From Octopus vulgaris (taxonomy: Eukaryota): a DNA stretch of 64,000 nt. A program made the position numbers and the translations under genes. The notes beneath the pieces are model-generated. The model made no database searches. It saw nothing but the letters and a program-made list of their open reading frames with translations, and had not been told where the DNA came from. The stretch lies in assembly GCA_951406725.2 (NCBI GenBank), contig OX597819.1, positions 36,146,001 through 36,210,000 on the forward strand. Reading direction: 5' to 3'. Position 1 is the first letter of the stretch; each line of letters starts with the position of its first letter. This document shows, piece by piece, positions 39,212 to 52,135 of the stretch.

Positions 39212-41882
39212 CTATAGAACACACCCTGTTTCCTTTTTCTTTGTAACCAACACTACATCTTTATAACTACTGGAAACAACTGGTCTACACAATACATTCA
39301 TAGAAAAAAAGAGAACATCTACTCACATTTTGATTCTAGATGATATCATCACCAGCATTGATGCACCTTCTCCAATTATACAAGAAGAAGCTGCCTAATA
39401 AACATATTGATGTTCAAATTCCGCCGAGGTCGACTTTGCCTTTCATCCTTTCGGGGTTGACAAATTAAGTACCAGTTACGCACTGGGGTTGATGTAATTG
39501 TCTTAATCCGTTTGCCTATCCTTGTTTGTCCCCTCTGTGTTTAGCCCCTTGTGGGTAGTAAATAAATACATATTGATGTTAAGGCTTAAAGTAAACTGGA
39601 TGACCAATTTGTAAATTTAAAATTTTCCTAGATAGTAAGGTAGTGTATAAATTATTGGTGTGTTAGCTAACCCTTAACATTTTCCCCATAAATCATTGTA
39701 TTTAACGTTACTGGGGAAATAATTCTAGTATTGAAGACATTGAAAATATAAATGATAGCATTTGTAGCACATGAATATTGGGGTAGCTGAACAAGTTAAT
39801 GTGAAATCTTAAGGAGGATTATTTCTTGAAGTAAATCCTAAGCTCAAGGTGAGCTTGTGAAGGAAGTTGGGTAGAAGACATCGGATAAGAGGTTTGCAGG
39901 ATAGAAATACTCATCAGCTTCCTCTGTCTCTGACATCCATCATTCTCCCTCCTCTGCACTTTTCCTTGTATTAAGATTTTCCTTGATGTGTTTTATGTAA
40001 CTGTTGCAGGGGTGACTCTAAGTGTGCATATACCTGAGTGTGTATACATTTACATACTTTTGTTTCTGTATGTGTCTGCACAAGTGTCTTTTACTATTGT
40101 CTGTGAAGGGATTGTTTCTTTTTTTATTTTTGTAGTGGACTTATTAATCCCACAGTTCAACAACACTACCTGGACATAGGTTACCTTGAGGAGAGTTATG
40201 TGGCAGAGTTGGTGACATGTTTCCTATTTCTATTTCTTTATTACCCACAAGGGGCTAAACACAGAGGGGACAAACAAGGACAGACATAGGTATCAAGTCG
40301 ATTACATCGACCCCAGTGCGTAACTGGTACTTAATTTATCGACCCCGAAAGGATGAAAGGCAAAGTCGACCTCGGCGGAATTTGAACTCACAACGTAACG
40401 ACAGATGAAATACCGCTAAGCATTTCGCCCGGCGTGCTAACGTTTCTGCCAGTTCGCCACCTTGTTTCCTTGAGTAAGGCACTCCTACCTGCATTGCCTC
40501 AGTCCACTTTGCTAAAAATAAATAGCAGTGACATCTAGGTGAAGTTAACTCTGCAACAAACTGGTGTCCCATTCAGGGAGAAATTTTGTACTCTCAGTTA
40601 CTTAAAAAACATAGAAACTAGGTTAAGTTCCAGCTTAATGGGTTTATAGGCTTACAACAGGCTTCATCTATTTACTGAAGTAGGCAATATCTCCAGTCTG
40701 AAGTATCTTGATCCCATCCTTCTACCAGTAGTAGAAATTCAGAGAAAAGTCTAGGTACTTCCCTTCTGTTCAAAGTCATTAAAAAACCCTACAAATTATA
40801 CGTGTCTGTCAAGGAGGCTATTTATGAATATGTGGTTTATATATTGGTAGCATGTGTAAAAGGATTCGAGCGAGGTCGTTGCCAGTACCGCCTGACTGGC
40901 CCCCGTGCTGGTGGCACGTAAAAAGCACCCACTACACTCTCGGAGTGGTTGGCGTTAGGCAGGGCTGTAGAAACTCTGTAGAAACTCTGCCAAAACTCCA
41001 GCTGTAGAAACTCTGCCAAATCAAGATTGGAGCCTGGTGCAAGCATCTGGTTCGCCAGCCCTCAGTCAAAATCGTCCAACCCATGCTAGCATGGAAAGCG
41101 GATGTTAAACGATGATGATGATATTGGTCAAGTAAAAGTGCATGGCTTAATGATTAAGGTGTTTAGCTTGTGATTTTAAGGTCAGAGGTTCAGTTTCTAG
41201 ATCAGGCAGCATGTTGTGTCCTTCAACAAGGTACTTTGTTTCACTTTGCTCCAGTCTACTCATCTCTAAATGAGTACCAGCCAATTTGCTGGTACAGTTC
41301 CCTTTTCTTCTGGCTGTCAAATTCTGGATTTTTCACTGGGTTAAAGAGTGAGAGGACCAAGAGAATGTTTATATCTGCTCATAACTACATTAGCACCTAA
41401 AACATTGCATTAAACAACTCACATTTGTTTACCTTCCGTTCACAATAACATTGACAATGATAACTAGTGTAATGTGCCTTTCCTGTAGAAAGAATCAGTA
41501 ACAGAAAAAAACTTCCAAGTAGCTGGCCCAAGTCTAATAACTGGAATAGTAGTCTGGACCCCCTTGGGGTGCGACGGTCACCTAGAACATGACTGTTCTG
41601 TGTGGCCTGACACGTAAATTTACAGGACGGACCACGTCATGATATCAACCACATATGGATCACGCAGTACTCCTGACGGCATACGCCATGCTACTGGCAT
41701 CAGTCGTGGTGACGTCCCCATTAACGTATGTGAAACCTTGAGATTTCATTCGTTAACGACGATCGCGAGCACGAGAGCACAGAGCTCTTGGTGAAATGCA
41801 GGCAACACATAGCAGCGTGGCAGAGAGGCGTCATATTTCCGCTTATATTTCCACTTATAATTCCGTCATATTTCCGCTTATA

Positions 41883-42113
41883 AGGTGGCGAGCTGGCAGA
41901 AACGTTAGCACGCTGGGCGAAATGCTTTGTGGTATTTCGTCTGCCGCTGCATTCTGAGTTCAAATTCCGCCGAGGTCGACTTTGCCTTTCATCCTTTCGG
42001 GGTCGATAAATTAAGTACCAGTTATCCACTGGGGTCGATGTAAACGACTTAATCCGTTTGTCTGCCCTTGTTTGTCCCCTCTGTGTTTAGCTCCTTGTGG
42101 GTAGTAAAGAAAT
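41883..42113 (+). mobile_element. SINE family B (representative copy)
   Basis: ggcgagctggcagaaacgttagc...gagttcaaattcc...gtcgactttgcctttcatcctttcggggtcgataaattaagtaccag (MetaSINE-like central domain); other copies at about 4357-4565(+), 16390-16980(- x3), 30965-31180(+), 31407-31625(-), 34680-34870(-), 37028-37240(-), 39410-39570(+), 40225-40462(-), 46100-46335(-), 47910-48120(+), 55375-55592(-), 57365-57545(+). Confidence 0.9.
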
Positions 42114-42639
42114 ACGTACAAGGGATGAATTTTGTGAAAACAAAAAAAAAAAAAGAAAGAAAATTGATAACTATATTTTTCAGTCTTTGGTGACTAACTA
42201 AATTCTTTCATTTTATAAACAAGTTAAAAGATGTTTATTATAAACTGTAATGTGTATTGTTAGAAGAGATCAATACTGAGAACTCATATAAGAAATAACA
42301 AAGCAAACTGTTAATATAGCAAATGTTTATTCGTTTGTTTGTTTGTTACAGATTTTACAGTTGTTGTATTTTACGACTTGTTATAGTTTAATGTAAATAC
42401 ATACGTACACCCTATTCATACACACGCACACACATGCACACTGTATGTATATATATATATAGTTATTTATATATTGTATGGATATATATATGAATGTGTG
42501 TATACATGATCAAAGTTTAATTATTTCATCCATCTGGTGTGTTCAATGTCAGTAGCATCAGTGATATACTGAAATCAATTCAGTTGACTACACAGCTTCT
42601 CTGCTAGCAACAAATAGGCTTTGTGCTTAATCAGAAGCA

Positions 42640-42824
42640 TTTATTTAGGTCTTTAGAAATTTATTTTATTATAGCCTCAATTGCATTGATTTATTTTTGA
42701 AAGATGTAAGCCATGCTTGGTTCTCCAAATGCAGAATGTTTCCACTGTATGTAAGAGTTGCAAGAAAAGTTTTGAAGTATTTTAACAGCTCTCTAGAAAT
42801 ATCCTGTCCCTTTGGATGTTCCAG
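42640..42824 (-). other. Candidate terminal exon of the RGS-like gene with AATAAA signals
   Basis: taattcag acceptor; 51 open codons to TAA (42669); AATAAA hexamers near 42640-42695 on the - strand. Confidence 0.35.
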
Positions 42825-45271
42825 CTGAATTAAGTAATCAAATATATAGAACTGGAAATATAAAAAAAAAAAAGTACAGCATACAAAATGTTGACTCAAT
42901 AACATTTTTATTGGCAGAAAAAGCAAAAAACAATATCAATAAAATAAGCAGCGAGAGAGTTTTAAATCATATATTTGGACCCCTAACGCTCATCCTCTTC
43001 ATCACTTGCCTCTCACCTTGTCACACATCCTTCTTATTACTTATCACTCTCAGTCATGCTTCTGTCTTTCATACTTCTATCATTCATATATCTCACTCTA
43101 TAAAGATGTTTGCATACACAAAGAGTTATGAAGTTCGTTCAGCCATATTGAGAACATAGCTACCTCTCTAGTGCTTATAGCATGAAAATCACACCACCCA
43201 GTACACTCTGTAAAGAGTAAGGTAGTAAGGACCCTTTAGTCTTACTGAGGACACGGCATCTCTTTTGTGCTGATTTCACAATAAAAGCCACCTGAACACT
43301 CTGTAAAGTGATTGGTGTTAGGAAAAGCATCCAGCTGTAGAAATGAAATCAAAAATGGAACCTGTATGTGAGACATAGTCCTGCAGCCCACGTAGTTAGA
43401 TAGTATACCCAACTGTGGCAATACATTCAACCCAAGTGAGGATGGAAAGCAGATGTAAAAGAACGAGGATAATAATGATGATAAATAATGCATGCCAAAT
43501 CTACTGTTGATGTTGAAAATGCTAGATATAATCAAACCGACATTTTTGTATGTAAATATGTGATTTGTGTTACTTTATATTTAAATCATGTATTTATGTA
43601 ATTTTTTAGTGCCATGAGATGCTGTATAGTAAATTATCTGCTACAGGGGCAACAAATAAAGGTGATGACTAAACTTCCACCGAGGAAGCCTAATGCAATG
43701 TTAGCTCACCCTAATATTTGTTCCTAGTTTAACTGCATTGTCACTATTTCTGGTGTTGAATGGTTTTCAAAAATCAAACCCACCTTTTTTATTATATATA
43801 TACAGGACTCTCTCCCCTTTATTATTAAATTAACCATAATCTAGTGAATCATGAGAATAATGCTTGGAGACTTCATCTTTAGGAAATGCATCTAAGCTAA
43901 AGTCAGTTTAGCAGAGACCAAACCTCTCTCAACCATTTCCCAAGAAAGGATTTTGTAGAATTGTTGTGGAAGGATTCCAACCACTGACATGTGACTAAAA
44001 GCGTTTCAATAAATTAAAGAACTGTCAATTTGACTGGAGTAATTGATTGTGAGCCGTTGATAGCAAGCATTGAGTCTTGTGCAACAGTAATCATATAGTG
44101 CATCGTGTGAATACTTCTTTCCCCCGGCTTCGTTAAAGTATTCATGCAACAACACAGTTAATGTTTATGCATTTTGGTACCAGCGTCGCACTACTGGCAC
44201 TCGAGCCCCGTGCTAGTAGGGTATTAAGAGCACCATCCGAGCGTGATCGTTGCCAGTGGCATGTAAAAAACACCATTCGAGCGGGATTGTTACCAGCACC
44301 ACCTTACTGGCACCTGTGCCATCTGTGAAAGATTCGAGCGAGATCGTTGCCAGTGCTGCCAGACTGGCCCTGTGCTGGTGGCACGTAAAAGCACCCACTA
44401 CACTCTTGGAGTAGTTGGCGTTAGGAAGGGCATCCAGCTGTAGAAACTTTGCCAGATCAAGATTGAAGCCTGATGCAGTCATCTGGTTCGTCAGCCCTCA
44501 GTCATACGTCCAACCCATGCTAGCATGGAAAGCGGACGTTAAATGATGATGATTAAACGAAGATGATGATTTGTTGAGTGACAATGTAACACTTGTGTTC
44601 AGTACAAACAGTGTCTTATTTCTTTCTCACAATGTCACTTTGACCGATTGGATAAATCTGTTTTAAACAACATGGTCAGGAAATAAAAGTTTACTTTAAA
44701 TGGACTGTTAATAGGTGTCTTAAAAGAATGATTGGTGGAAAAAAATCAAGTGCTTTGATCATTGGTTCAATGCATCTCCTGATTCAGTAATTGAACTCAT
44801 GGCATTGTGAATGTGAGTCCATCACCCTAACCATTAGGCTAAAATTGTGTGTGTGTTTGTGTAAGTATATGTATGTGTGTTTGTATTTATGTTTACTGAG
44901 GTATACCTGTGTTTCAAATTGTATTCTGTTAATGCAAAAAAGGCAACTTTCGATGAATATATATTGATACACTAGGTACCGTAATCATCATCATCATCAT
45001 CATCATCATTTAGCGTCCGCTTTCCATGCTAGCATGGGTTGGACGGTTCAACTGGGGTCTGTGAAGCCGGAAGGCCGCATCAGGCCCAGACAGATCTGGC
45101 CATGTTTCTACGGCTGGATGCCCTTCCTAACGCCCTTCCTAACGTAATGAAGTAACTAATGATCAGTTATCAATCTTTTGAAGGTAGTGTATGGCCAGTC
45201 TACTGAATGAAACCAATAAAAAAAAAAAATTTAAAAATATCATAGTTACTCACCTATAAATGAATGCAGTT

Positions 45272-45337
45272 CTAAGAATTAATACTTTTCCTTTGAGGAA
45301 TCTCCATTGGCAAAAATTGATGTAGTGATGATATTGG
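45272..45337 (-). CDS. RGS22/RGSL1-like gene, candidate stop-containing exon
   Basis: ttgtctgtag acceptor; PISSLHQFLPMEIPQRKSINS*; strong AG/gtgagt donor at 45254, 18 nt after the stop. Confidence 0.55.
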   Translation of the reverse strand, partial: PISSLHQFLPMEIPQRKSINS

Positions 45338-45714
45338 CTACAGACAAATACAAACAGAAGCTAATTAAGGCAAAGACAGATATCTTAATTGGTATATATG
45401 GAGAAAAACTTATCATAGTTGATTGCCAGAATTAAACATTCAAAAATATTTTCCCCTGCGCCAAGTAGTAAGAAGCTTGTTTTGCAACCATATGTTTTCA
45501 TTTTCAGTCCCACTGCGCAGCATTTTGAGCATTTGAGTTTTCTACTATAATCCCAGACTGAGCAATGCCTTTTGAGTGAATTTGGTTGATGGAAATTGCA
45601 TGGAAGCTCATCATGCATATGTGTGTGTGTATGTGTGTGTTTGTGTGTGTGTTTGTGCGTGAGTGGGTGAGTGAGTGTGTGTGTGAGTGAGTGAGTGGGT
45701 GAATGCGTGAGTGA

Positions 45715-45746
<32 letters not shown>

Positions 45747-45988
45747 GTGAGTGGGTGAATGAGTGAGTGAGTGAGTGAGTGTGTGTATGTGTGTGTGTGC
45801 ACGCATGTATGTTTCTGTTTATGTTTGTCTTCACCACTGCTTGACAACTGGTCTTGGTTTAGCAATTTGGCAAAAGTGACTGATACAATAAATACTAATG
45901 TTAACTTGTTTGTATAAATCTATCAAGTCAGTGTCCCAGCATGGCTGCTGTCCAATGACTGAAACCAGTAAAGGAAGATAACAGATAC

Positions 45989-46006
45989 CTTGCCTATATG
46001 AAGCAT
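45989..46006 (-). CDS. Candidate 18-nt in-frame microexon (MLHIGK) of the RGS-like gene
   Basis: ttttctttaacag acceptor, AAG/gtatct donor; phase 0 to 0, fits between neighbouring exons. Confidence 0.35.
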
Positions 46007-46566
46007 CTGTTAAAGAAAACTATATAAATAACAAAGTATAAATAAACCAATAAAGATGCTGGCTTTGTTATAACACCAGCTCTGTAAAGAAACGGACATA
46101 TGTTTCTTTTACTACCCACAAGGGGCTAAACATAGAGGGGACAAACAAGGACAGACAAACGGATTAAGTCGATTAAATCGGCCCCAGTGCGTAACTGGTA
46201 CTTATTTAATTGACCCTGAAAGGATGAAAGGCAAAGTCAACCTCGGCGGAATTTGAACTCAGAATGTAGTGACGGGTGAAATACCGCGAAGCACTTCACC
46301 CGGCGTGCTAACGTCTCTGCCAGCTTGCCGCCTTAGAAACAGATATAGAACCTCTGTTGGTCAAATATCATTATATCTCTGCACATGTATGCAAAATCTT
46401 GGGCAAAAGTTTTTGAGGAAAACTGGTAGTTACTCATGCATGAAAATCTTTCCTCCTCAATCTATCAATGTTTAGCCAAGAGAAAGCCTGCTGACTTTGA
46501 TGAAAATCTCTCTGCTTATTTTGCTTGGTATGATGGAAAGTGTCAACTGTCCACAGCCTTATAGAC

Positions 46567-47474
46567 CAGGGATCACCAAACTGTTTTAACGGTGGGCCAA
46601 ATAACTGAGAGAATGATGAGTGTGGGTCGCGTAACTATTTTGTTTATTACAATATCGTGAATACACAAAAAATAAAGACAACCAACATATTTATTTACCC
46701 AAAAGTTATCAAAGTAGGCAATGTTAGCAATAAGATAGTTATATCACACCCAGTGCACACATATCCAAATCTCACAAACTAAGTAGCCAAAAAAAGTTTG
46801 CTTTGGAATTGCTGCATCCAGCCAAGAGAATTGCTTTCAAATGTTTCTCAGTCAACCTCGTTCGATGTGCTGACTTCACACAATTCATTTTTGAAAATGT
46901 TTGCTCACAGACATAAGTTGTTCCCGATCTTTTTGGTTTGAACGGCAGCTTTTTCTAGCAGTGTCATATGAAATTGTCACCCATAATTATGACCCTAGTA
47001 TTGATCTATTGCATTTCAATCTGTTTTAGGGTTAGGGTTAGGGTTGGGGGGAAGGGTATCTTTTTTTTCTTCACAAATGTAAATAAACCCAATCTGTTTC
47101 ATAAATGAGGGACATATTCATAGGGCACAGAATGTTTTTTACCTCAATATATGTCACTGATTGGTTGAAATTGCAGAAATTGAAGAAAAAAAGCAACAAA
47201 TATCTTACAAACTATAGAATTTTCTCAATAAAGCCAAGAGAAAAAGATGTTTTATAAACACATTCTACCAGTATACGAATTAAAAAATTTTTTAGTTACC
47301 TAGAAATTATGTTAAAAACTGCCGTTCAAACCGAAAAGATCCGTTGTTCCAAACACTGATGCCATACCAGCAACAAATGCAGGTACTTATGCAAAGGTAC
47401 AGAGCAGTGGCAGACTGGGTGAACTGACCTTGCAGGCCTGATCCAGCCCGAGGGCTGTAGTTTGGTGATCCCTG
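46567..47474 (-). mobile_element. Deleted hAT (Charlie/SPIN-like) element with dimerisation-domain remnant
   Basis: TIR cagggatcaccaaact / agtttggtgatccctg; TSD ttatagac/ttgtagac; removing the insert restores GMASVFGTTYVCEQTFSKMNCVKSAHRTRLTEKHLKAILL on the - strand. Confidence 0.88.
46925..47342. mobile_element. Non-autonomous TIR element (Merlin-like), copy 2, nested in the hAT element
   Basis: Same TIRs as 37521-38374; perfect TSD gttgttcc at 46917-46924 and 47343-47350; internal (TTAGGG)3. Confidence 0.9.
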
Positions 47475-47504
47475 TTGTAGACTAAGGTGACACTTATTTA
47501 CTGA

Positions 47505-47710
47505 TCATGCTTCAAGAACCCTGTGGAGGACTCGTGCAGTTCCAAGCATTAATGATTTTTATAGGTATTCTATATTTACATTTGCACCAATCTTTTTGAG
47601 CCACATTACTAGTTAGGTATCGCTACTTCCAAGCATGCCAATTACTATTGGTATCATGTCCATTCTTTTCATTGCCCACAATCTGTGTATTTCCCACTTC
47701 AGATTGTCAT
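47505..47710 (-). mobile_element. Restriction-like-endonuclease LINE (R4/NeSL-type) 3' fragment
   Basis: - strand LKWEIHRLWAMKRMDMIPIVIGMLGS...KSLMLGTARVLHRVL, typical of the IPIVIGALG/LLGTARILR C-terminus. Confidence 0.6.
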
Positions 47711-47720
47711 TTATTATTAC

Positions 47721-47772
<52 letters not shown>
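47710..47772. repeat. (TTA)n microsatellite
   Basis: Directly visible. Confidence 0.95.
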
Positions 47773-47775
<3 letters not shown>

Positions 47776-47878
47776 AATCCTTTCAAGGTCAATAAAAAGT
47801 ACCAGTCAAGTACTGGGGACAATGGTATTGACTTAATCCACCCCTCAAAATTACTGGCCTTGTACATAAATCAGAAAC

Positions 47879-47911
<33 letters not shown>

Positions 47912-48162
47912 GGTGGTGTTAAGCTGGCAGAATCGTTAGCATGCAGGGCAAAATGCGCGGCAGCATTTCATCCATCTTTACATTCTGAGTTCTAATTCCA
48001 CCAAGGTTGACTTTGCCTTTCATCCTTCTGGGGTTGATAAATTAAGTGCCAATTGTGTACTGTGGTCGATGGAAGCAACTTGAAACCACCTCTGAAATTG
48101 CTGGTCTTGTGCCAAAATCTGAAATCATCATCATTATTATTATTACTGCTAGCAGCAGTAGC

Positions 48163-48202
<40 letters not shown>

Positions 48203-48207
48203 CTTAC

Positions 48208-48353
48208 CCGCCATTTAACTCCTTCAGATAAACTATAACTGAGAACCCTTACTGTTCCTTTGTGTATAGATGGGAGAATTATTTCTTTGGCAAAAGGTGA
48301 CTCTGTTTGGGTTGAGCTCTGACGTGTTATGGTCTCCTGGGGTTTGCTCTCCT
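48208..48353 (-). CDS. RGS22/RGSL1-like gene exon, C-terminal region
   Basis: ttgtttag/gtaagc; phase 1 to 0; EESKPQETITRQSSTQTESPFAKEIILPSIHKGTVRVLSYSLSEGVKWR; the LSYSLSEGVKW end resembles RGSL1 LRFTLLRGIEW (recalled from memory). Confidence 0.75.
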
Positions 48354-48564
48354 CTAAACAATATAAAATAATATTTATATATGAGACAAGGGAATTCTTC
48401 AGTTATTGTAGAAAAATAGAATAAAGATTATCACATGACTACAGTCTTCATCCACATCTTAATGATAGTCAACATCCCCATCTGCACCAGCACTACCATC
48501 ATCATCTCACATACACACACATATACACTCTGTAATTCACACAAACACTCATATATATATTGCT

Positions 48565-49074
48565 TGCAAAGACCTGTTGCGGCAAGTGAACTTGAAATTA
48601 AACCAAATTTGATGACTGGCATCCGTGTCAGTGGAGCACTAACAGCTCCATCTGAGCAGGATCACTGCCATAGCAGCTGTCTGGCTCCGTGCCGGTGGCA
48701 CGTAAAAAGCACCATTTGGGTGTGATCGTTACCAGCATCACCTCACTGGCATTTGTGCCGGTGGCATGTAAACAAAACATTCGAGCGAGGTTGTTGCCAG
48801 TGCCGCTGGACTGACTCCTGTGCAGGTGGCATGTAAAAAACACCATTTTGAGCGTGGCTGTTGCCAGTGCCGCCAGACTGGCCCTCGTGCTGGTGGCACA
48901 TAAAAGCACCCACTACACTCTCAGAGTGGTTGGTGTTAGGAAGGGCATCCAACTGTAGAAACCCTGCCAGATCAAGATTGGAGCCTGGTGCAGCCATCTG
49001 GTTCGCCAGTCCTCAGTCAAATCGTCCAACCCATGCTAGCATGGAAAGCAGACGTTAAACAATGATGATGATGA
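48565..49074 (+). mobile_element. RTE-tail family C (representative copy) with internal ~60-bp tandem units
   Basis: Repeated gccagt..actggc..gtgccggtggcacgtaaaaagcacc units, then a conserved tail ending (GAT)n; other copies at about 7380-7665(+), 29100-29457(+), 32811-33345(-), 34100-34398(+), 40850-41121(+), 44180-44570(+), 44985-45145(-), 51075-51330(-), 55865-56240(-). Confidence 0.85.
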
Positions 49075-49175
49075 TATATGAGCTTTTACTCTCTTTTCTT
49101 ACAAGCCTGTCTGTCTTTGCTTTTCTTTCCCTTGTTTCAGCTTATATCAATCTCAGTGAAAGTGTAGTGACTTAC

Positions 49176-49347
49176 CTTGAACCTCAGCAGGGTCAGCTGT
49201 TCGCCGAAAGTTTACCCAAAACATTAACAATTCTTTAAATATATGAGCCTGAGCTTCATCAAATATATGGCAACTTGTTTGTCTCTCAGTTAAAAAATGG
49301 TGTGCTTCCGCCACTGTTCTTTGGTATATGTCATTAGGAATATCAAT
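49176..49347 (-). CDS. RGS22/RGSL1-like gene exon, RGS domain end
   Basis: ttgttag/gtaagt; IDIPNDIYQRTVAEAHHFLTERQTSCHIFDEAQAHIFKELLMFWVNFRRTADPAEVQ; IDIP...FxEAQ..IF..L..FW..F RGS signature; phase 0 to 1. Confidence 0.88.
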
Positions 49348-49555
49348 CTAACAATGAAATTAATAGACAATTTATTACCTATAAATAATTGGCATGAGGC
49401 CAGCAATTTCAGGGGAAGGGATAAGTTGAGTAAATTAAATCAATATTAATCATTTTCATTTAAAAGGTGTTTTGTTGTTGCTGGTTTTTTTTTACATATC
49501 AGTAGAAAGTTACCATGGTCTTTTTCTCAGACTTCCAAGATTGGTGGGTAGCAAG

Positions 49556-49943
49556 TGTAGTGACGCCAGGTTTTTAGACGCAATTTTGGGATGTTCATCT
49601 GCGCATGTGCAATGATTAGTGTCTTCCAGTAGGCCTGCCGGAAGTCCCCTTATGTGCATGCTCAGTAATCAGCAGCAGCTAGGTTTTACCGCTATTCAGG
49701 CTCTTAGCTTTCAGCTGTCGACGAATTAAGACATGACCAGACAAAGCTCTGAGCAGAGGCAAACCAGACTTGGCTGGCTGTGAAGAATGTTTTCAACAGT
49801 TGTGATTTAAACCGACTCTGCTGCTTCCTACCCCTGGCATTCACGCTACCAATGTTCAGAGATGAAATGTTTATTTCGGTGAAAATAAACTATTATTGTT
49901 ATTTGTTCGGAGATTTGGGTTCCTGCTATTTTTCCTTTCTACA
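49556..49943 (+). mobile_element. Probable solo LTR
   Basis: ~390-bp GC/CpG-richer block bounded by TGTAG...CTACA, with AATAAA about 55 bp from the end; no clear TSD. Confidence 0.45.
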
Positions 49944-50688
49944 ACATTGTAGGAAAATGTGTGAGGCACCCAACCAGTGCAAATATCACACATAAATGAA
50001 ACCTACACAAGGAAGGTCTTCTCAAACCAGAGACCTGGCCTCAAATGCTTACAACAGAGGGGATTCTAATAAAGGCAGTCCAGAGGGATGTGATGGTGTT
50101 AAAATGAACAATGGATATTAAATATACATATGTAGATCATGGCAGGATTTGAACTCAGAATGCTGAGAGCTGGAAGAAATGGTGTTTGGCATCTTGTCCA
50201 ATGATTCTATTGCTACTTTATTTCATTGATTCTGAATGGACTTGGAAAGTTAATTTGGTGTGATTTGCAGCCAGGACATAAGGAAGCAGAATAAATATTG
50301 CAGAGTATTTTATTGAATTCTTTCTTGATTCTACCAGTTTGGCATTTATGACTTTTCTTGTCATATTTCTGAACAAACGCTTTATCTGTATGCTTCAATT
50401 AATTATGAAACTAATCAAGAATTTGGAGAAATTTAGTAAAATAAGTCACTTGTTCATTATAAAGCCAATGTCAAGGATGGTAATCTAAAATTATGTAAAT
50501 AGTTCTTACAAGAAATTTTGATAGAAAATTTAAATTTAGATATATAAACATTTTAGAATAAGACATTTTGTATCGCAGAACTTGGGTGGTTGCAGGTGGG
50601 TTGGTAACAAAAGAGAGAAACAGAGAGAGAGAGTCTCTGAGTTTTTACATTTAAAAAAAAATATAATAAGGATCTTTGTTTAACTCAC

Positions 50689-50787
50689 ACAAACAGTTGG
50701 TGGCGTTTTAGATTCTAGATAGAATTCCAGTATGTTCAGAGTCTTCTTTCTCAGTAGCTTCTCATTATTTGCACGTTTGTATGCTTC
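50689..50787 (-). CDS. RGS22/RGSL1-like gene exon, RGS domain
   Basis: taaag/gtgagt; EAYKRANNEKLLRKKTLNILEFYLESKTPPTVC, resembling RGS22 ...QKKITTIINCFINSSIPPALQ; phase 0 to 0; absent from the ORF track. Confidence 0.85.
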
Positions 50788-51905
50788 CTTTATTAAATAT
50801 AATAAAAACAGAAAAAGAACAAAGAAATCTCATTGAAAACAGTTTAAAATTTAAATGTATATTTGTAAGGGAAGATGTGGTTGTGTGGTAGGAAGTTTGC
50901 TTCCCAGCCACATGGTCCCTGGTTCAGTCCCACTGTGTGGAACCTTAGATAAGTGTCTTCTATTATAGCCTGAGGCTGACCAAAGCCTTGTGAGTGGAAT
51001 TGCTAGATGAAAGCTGAAAGAAGCCCATCCTATACATACATATCTCTGTGTGTTGTATGTGTATACATATGTATATCATCATCATCATTTAACATCCATC
51101 TTCCATGCATGCATGGGTAGGATAGGTGGCAGAAGCTGGTCAGGTAGAAAAACTACCCTAGGCTACTGTGTCTGTTTTGGTGGGGATTTTATGGCTGGAT
51201 GCCCTTCCTAACACCAACCACTCCGTAGAGTGGACACAGTGCTTTTTACATGGCACTAGCACAGGTGAGGTTAGTTTTGGCATGATTTTTACAGCTGGAT
51301 GCTTTTAATGTGGCACCAGCCCTGGCAGGATAAGCAAGTAACTTGAAAGACAAGGAATTATGCGAGGGACAGGTTCATTTGAGGAGAGGAACTTGTGTCA
51401 GAGGATGAAAAGTTAGAGTGTGACAAAGAGACATGTGTGTGTGTGTGTGCTACTGTCTCCTTGCTTTGACTTCATGTCCCAACAGTCCTTCATTTCTTAT
51501 CTTCTGTGAAAACATGTCTGGTCATGGGGAAATATTACCCTACCTGGAAATAGGTGAGGGTTGGTGAAATGAAGGGCATTCACCCATAGAAAATCTGCTT
51601 CAACAAATTCGAACCACCCCATGCAAGCATGGAAAAGTGGATGTTAGACAATTGCGATGACGCTGCCGCCGCCAACATATGTATGTATGTATGTATGTAT
51701 GTAAGTAAGTGGATAGGTAGGTATTATAAGAGAGAATACAGATGGAAGGTGTGACTGAAGGGGAACATGAAAGGGGGCTAAGTGGATGATGACAAGGGAG
51801 TGTTTTTAACTTGATACAGAACTAATATTGCAAGGAACATTGTTGGAAAAGTACTTGTTTTCTTCTTGTTCTTTGTCAGCGTATATTGATTAAAGATATA
51901 CACAT

Positions 51906-52071
51906 AGGTGTAGGAGTGGTTGTGTGGTAAGTAGCTTGCTTACCAACCACATGGTTCTGGGTTCAGTCCCATTGCATGGCACCTTGGGCAAGTGTTTTCT
52001 ACTATAGCCTCAGGCCGACCAAAGCCTTGTGAGTGGATTTGGTAAATGGAAACTGAAAGAAGCCCGTCGTA

Positions 52072-52135
<64 letters not shown>

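Noticed and set aside
47026-47056. Telomere or chromosome fusion site
   Set aside because: Only about 3 TTAGGG units, internal to a transposon present twice in the window
50213-50398. 61-aa ORF as an RGS exon
   Set aside because: Exons 50689-50787 and 49176-49347 already join in frame into a continuous RGS motif; splice signals are weak
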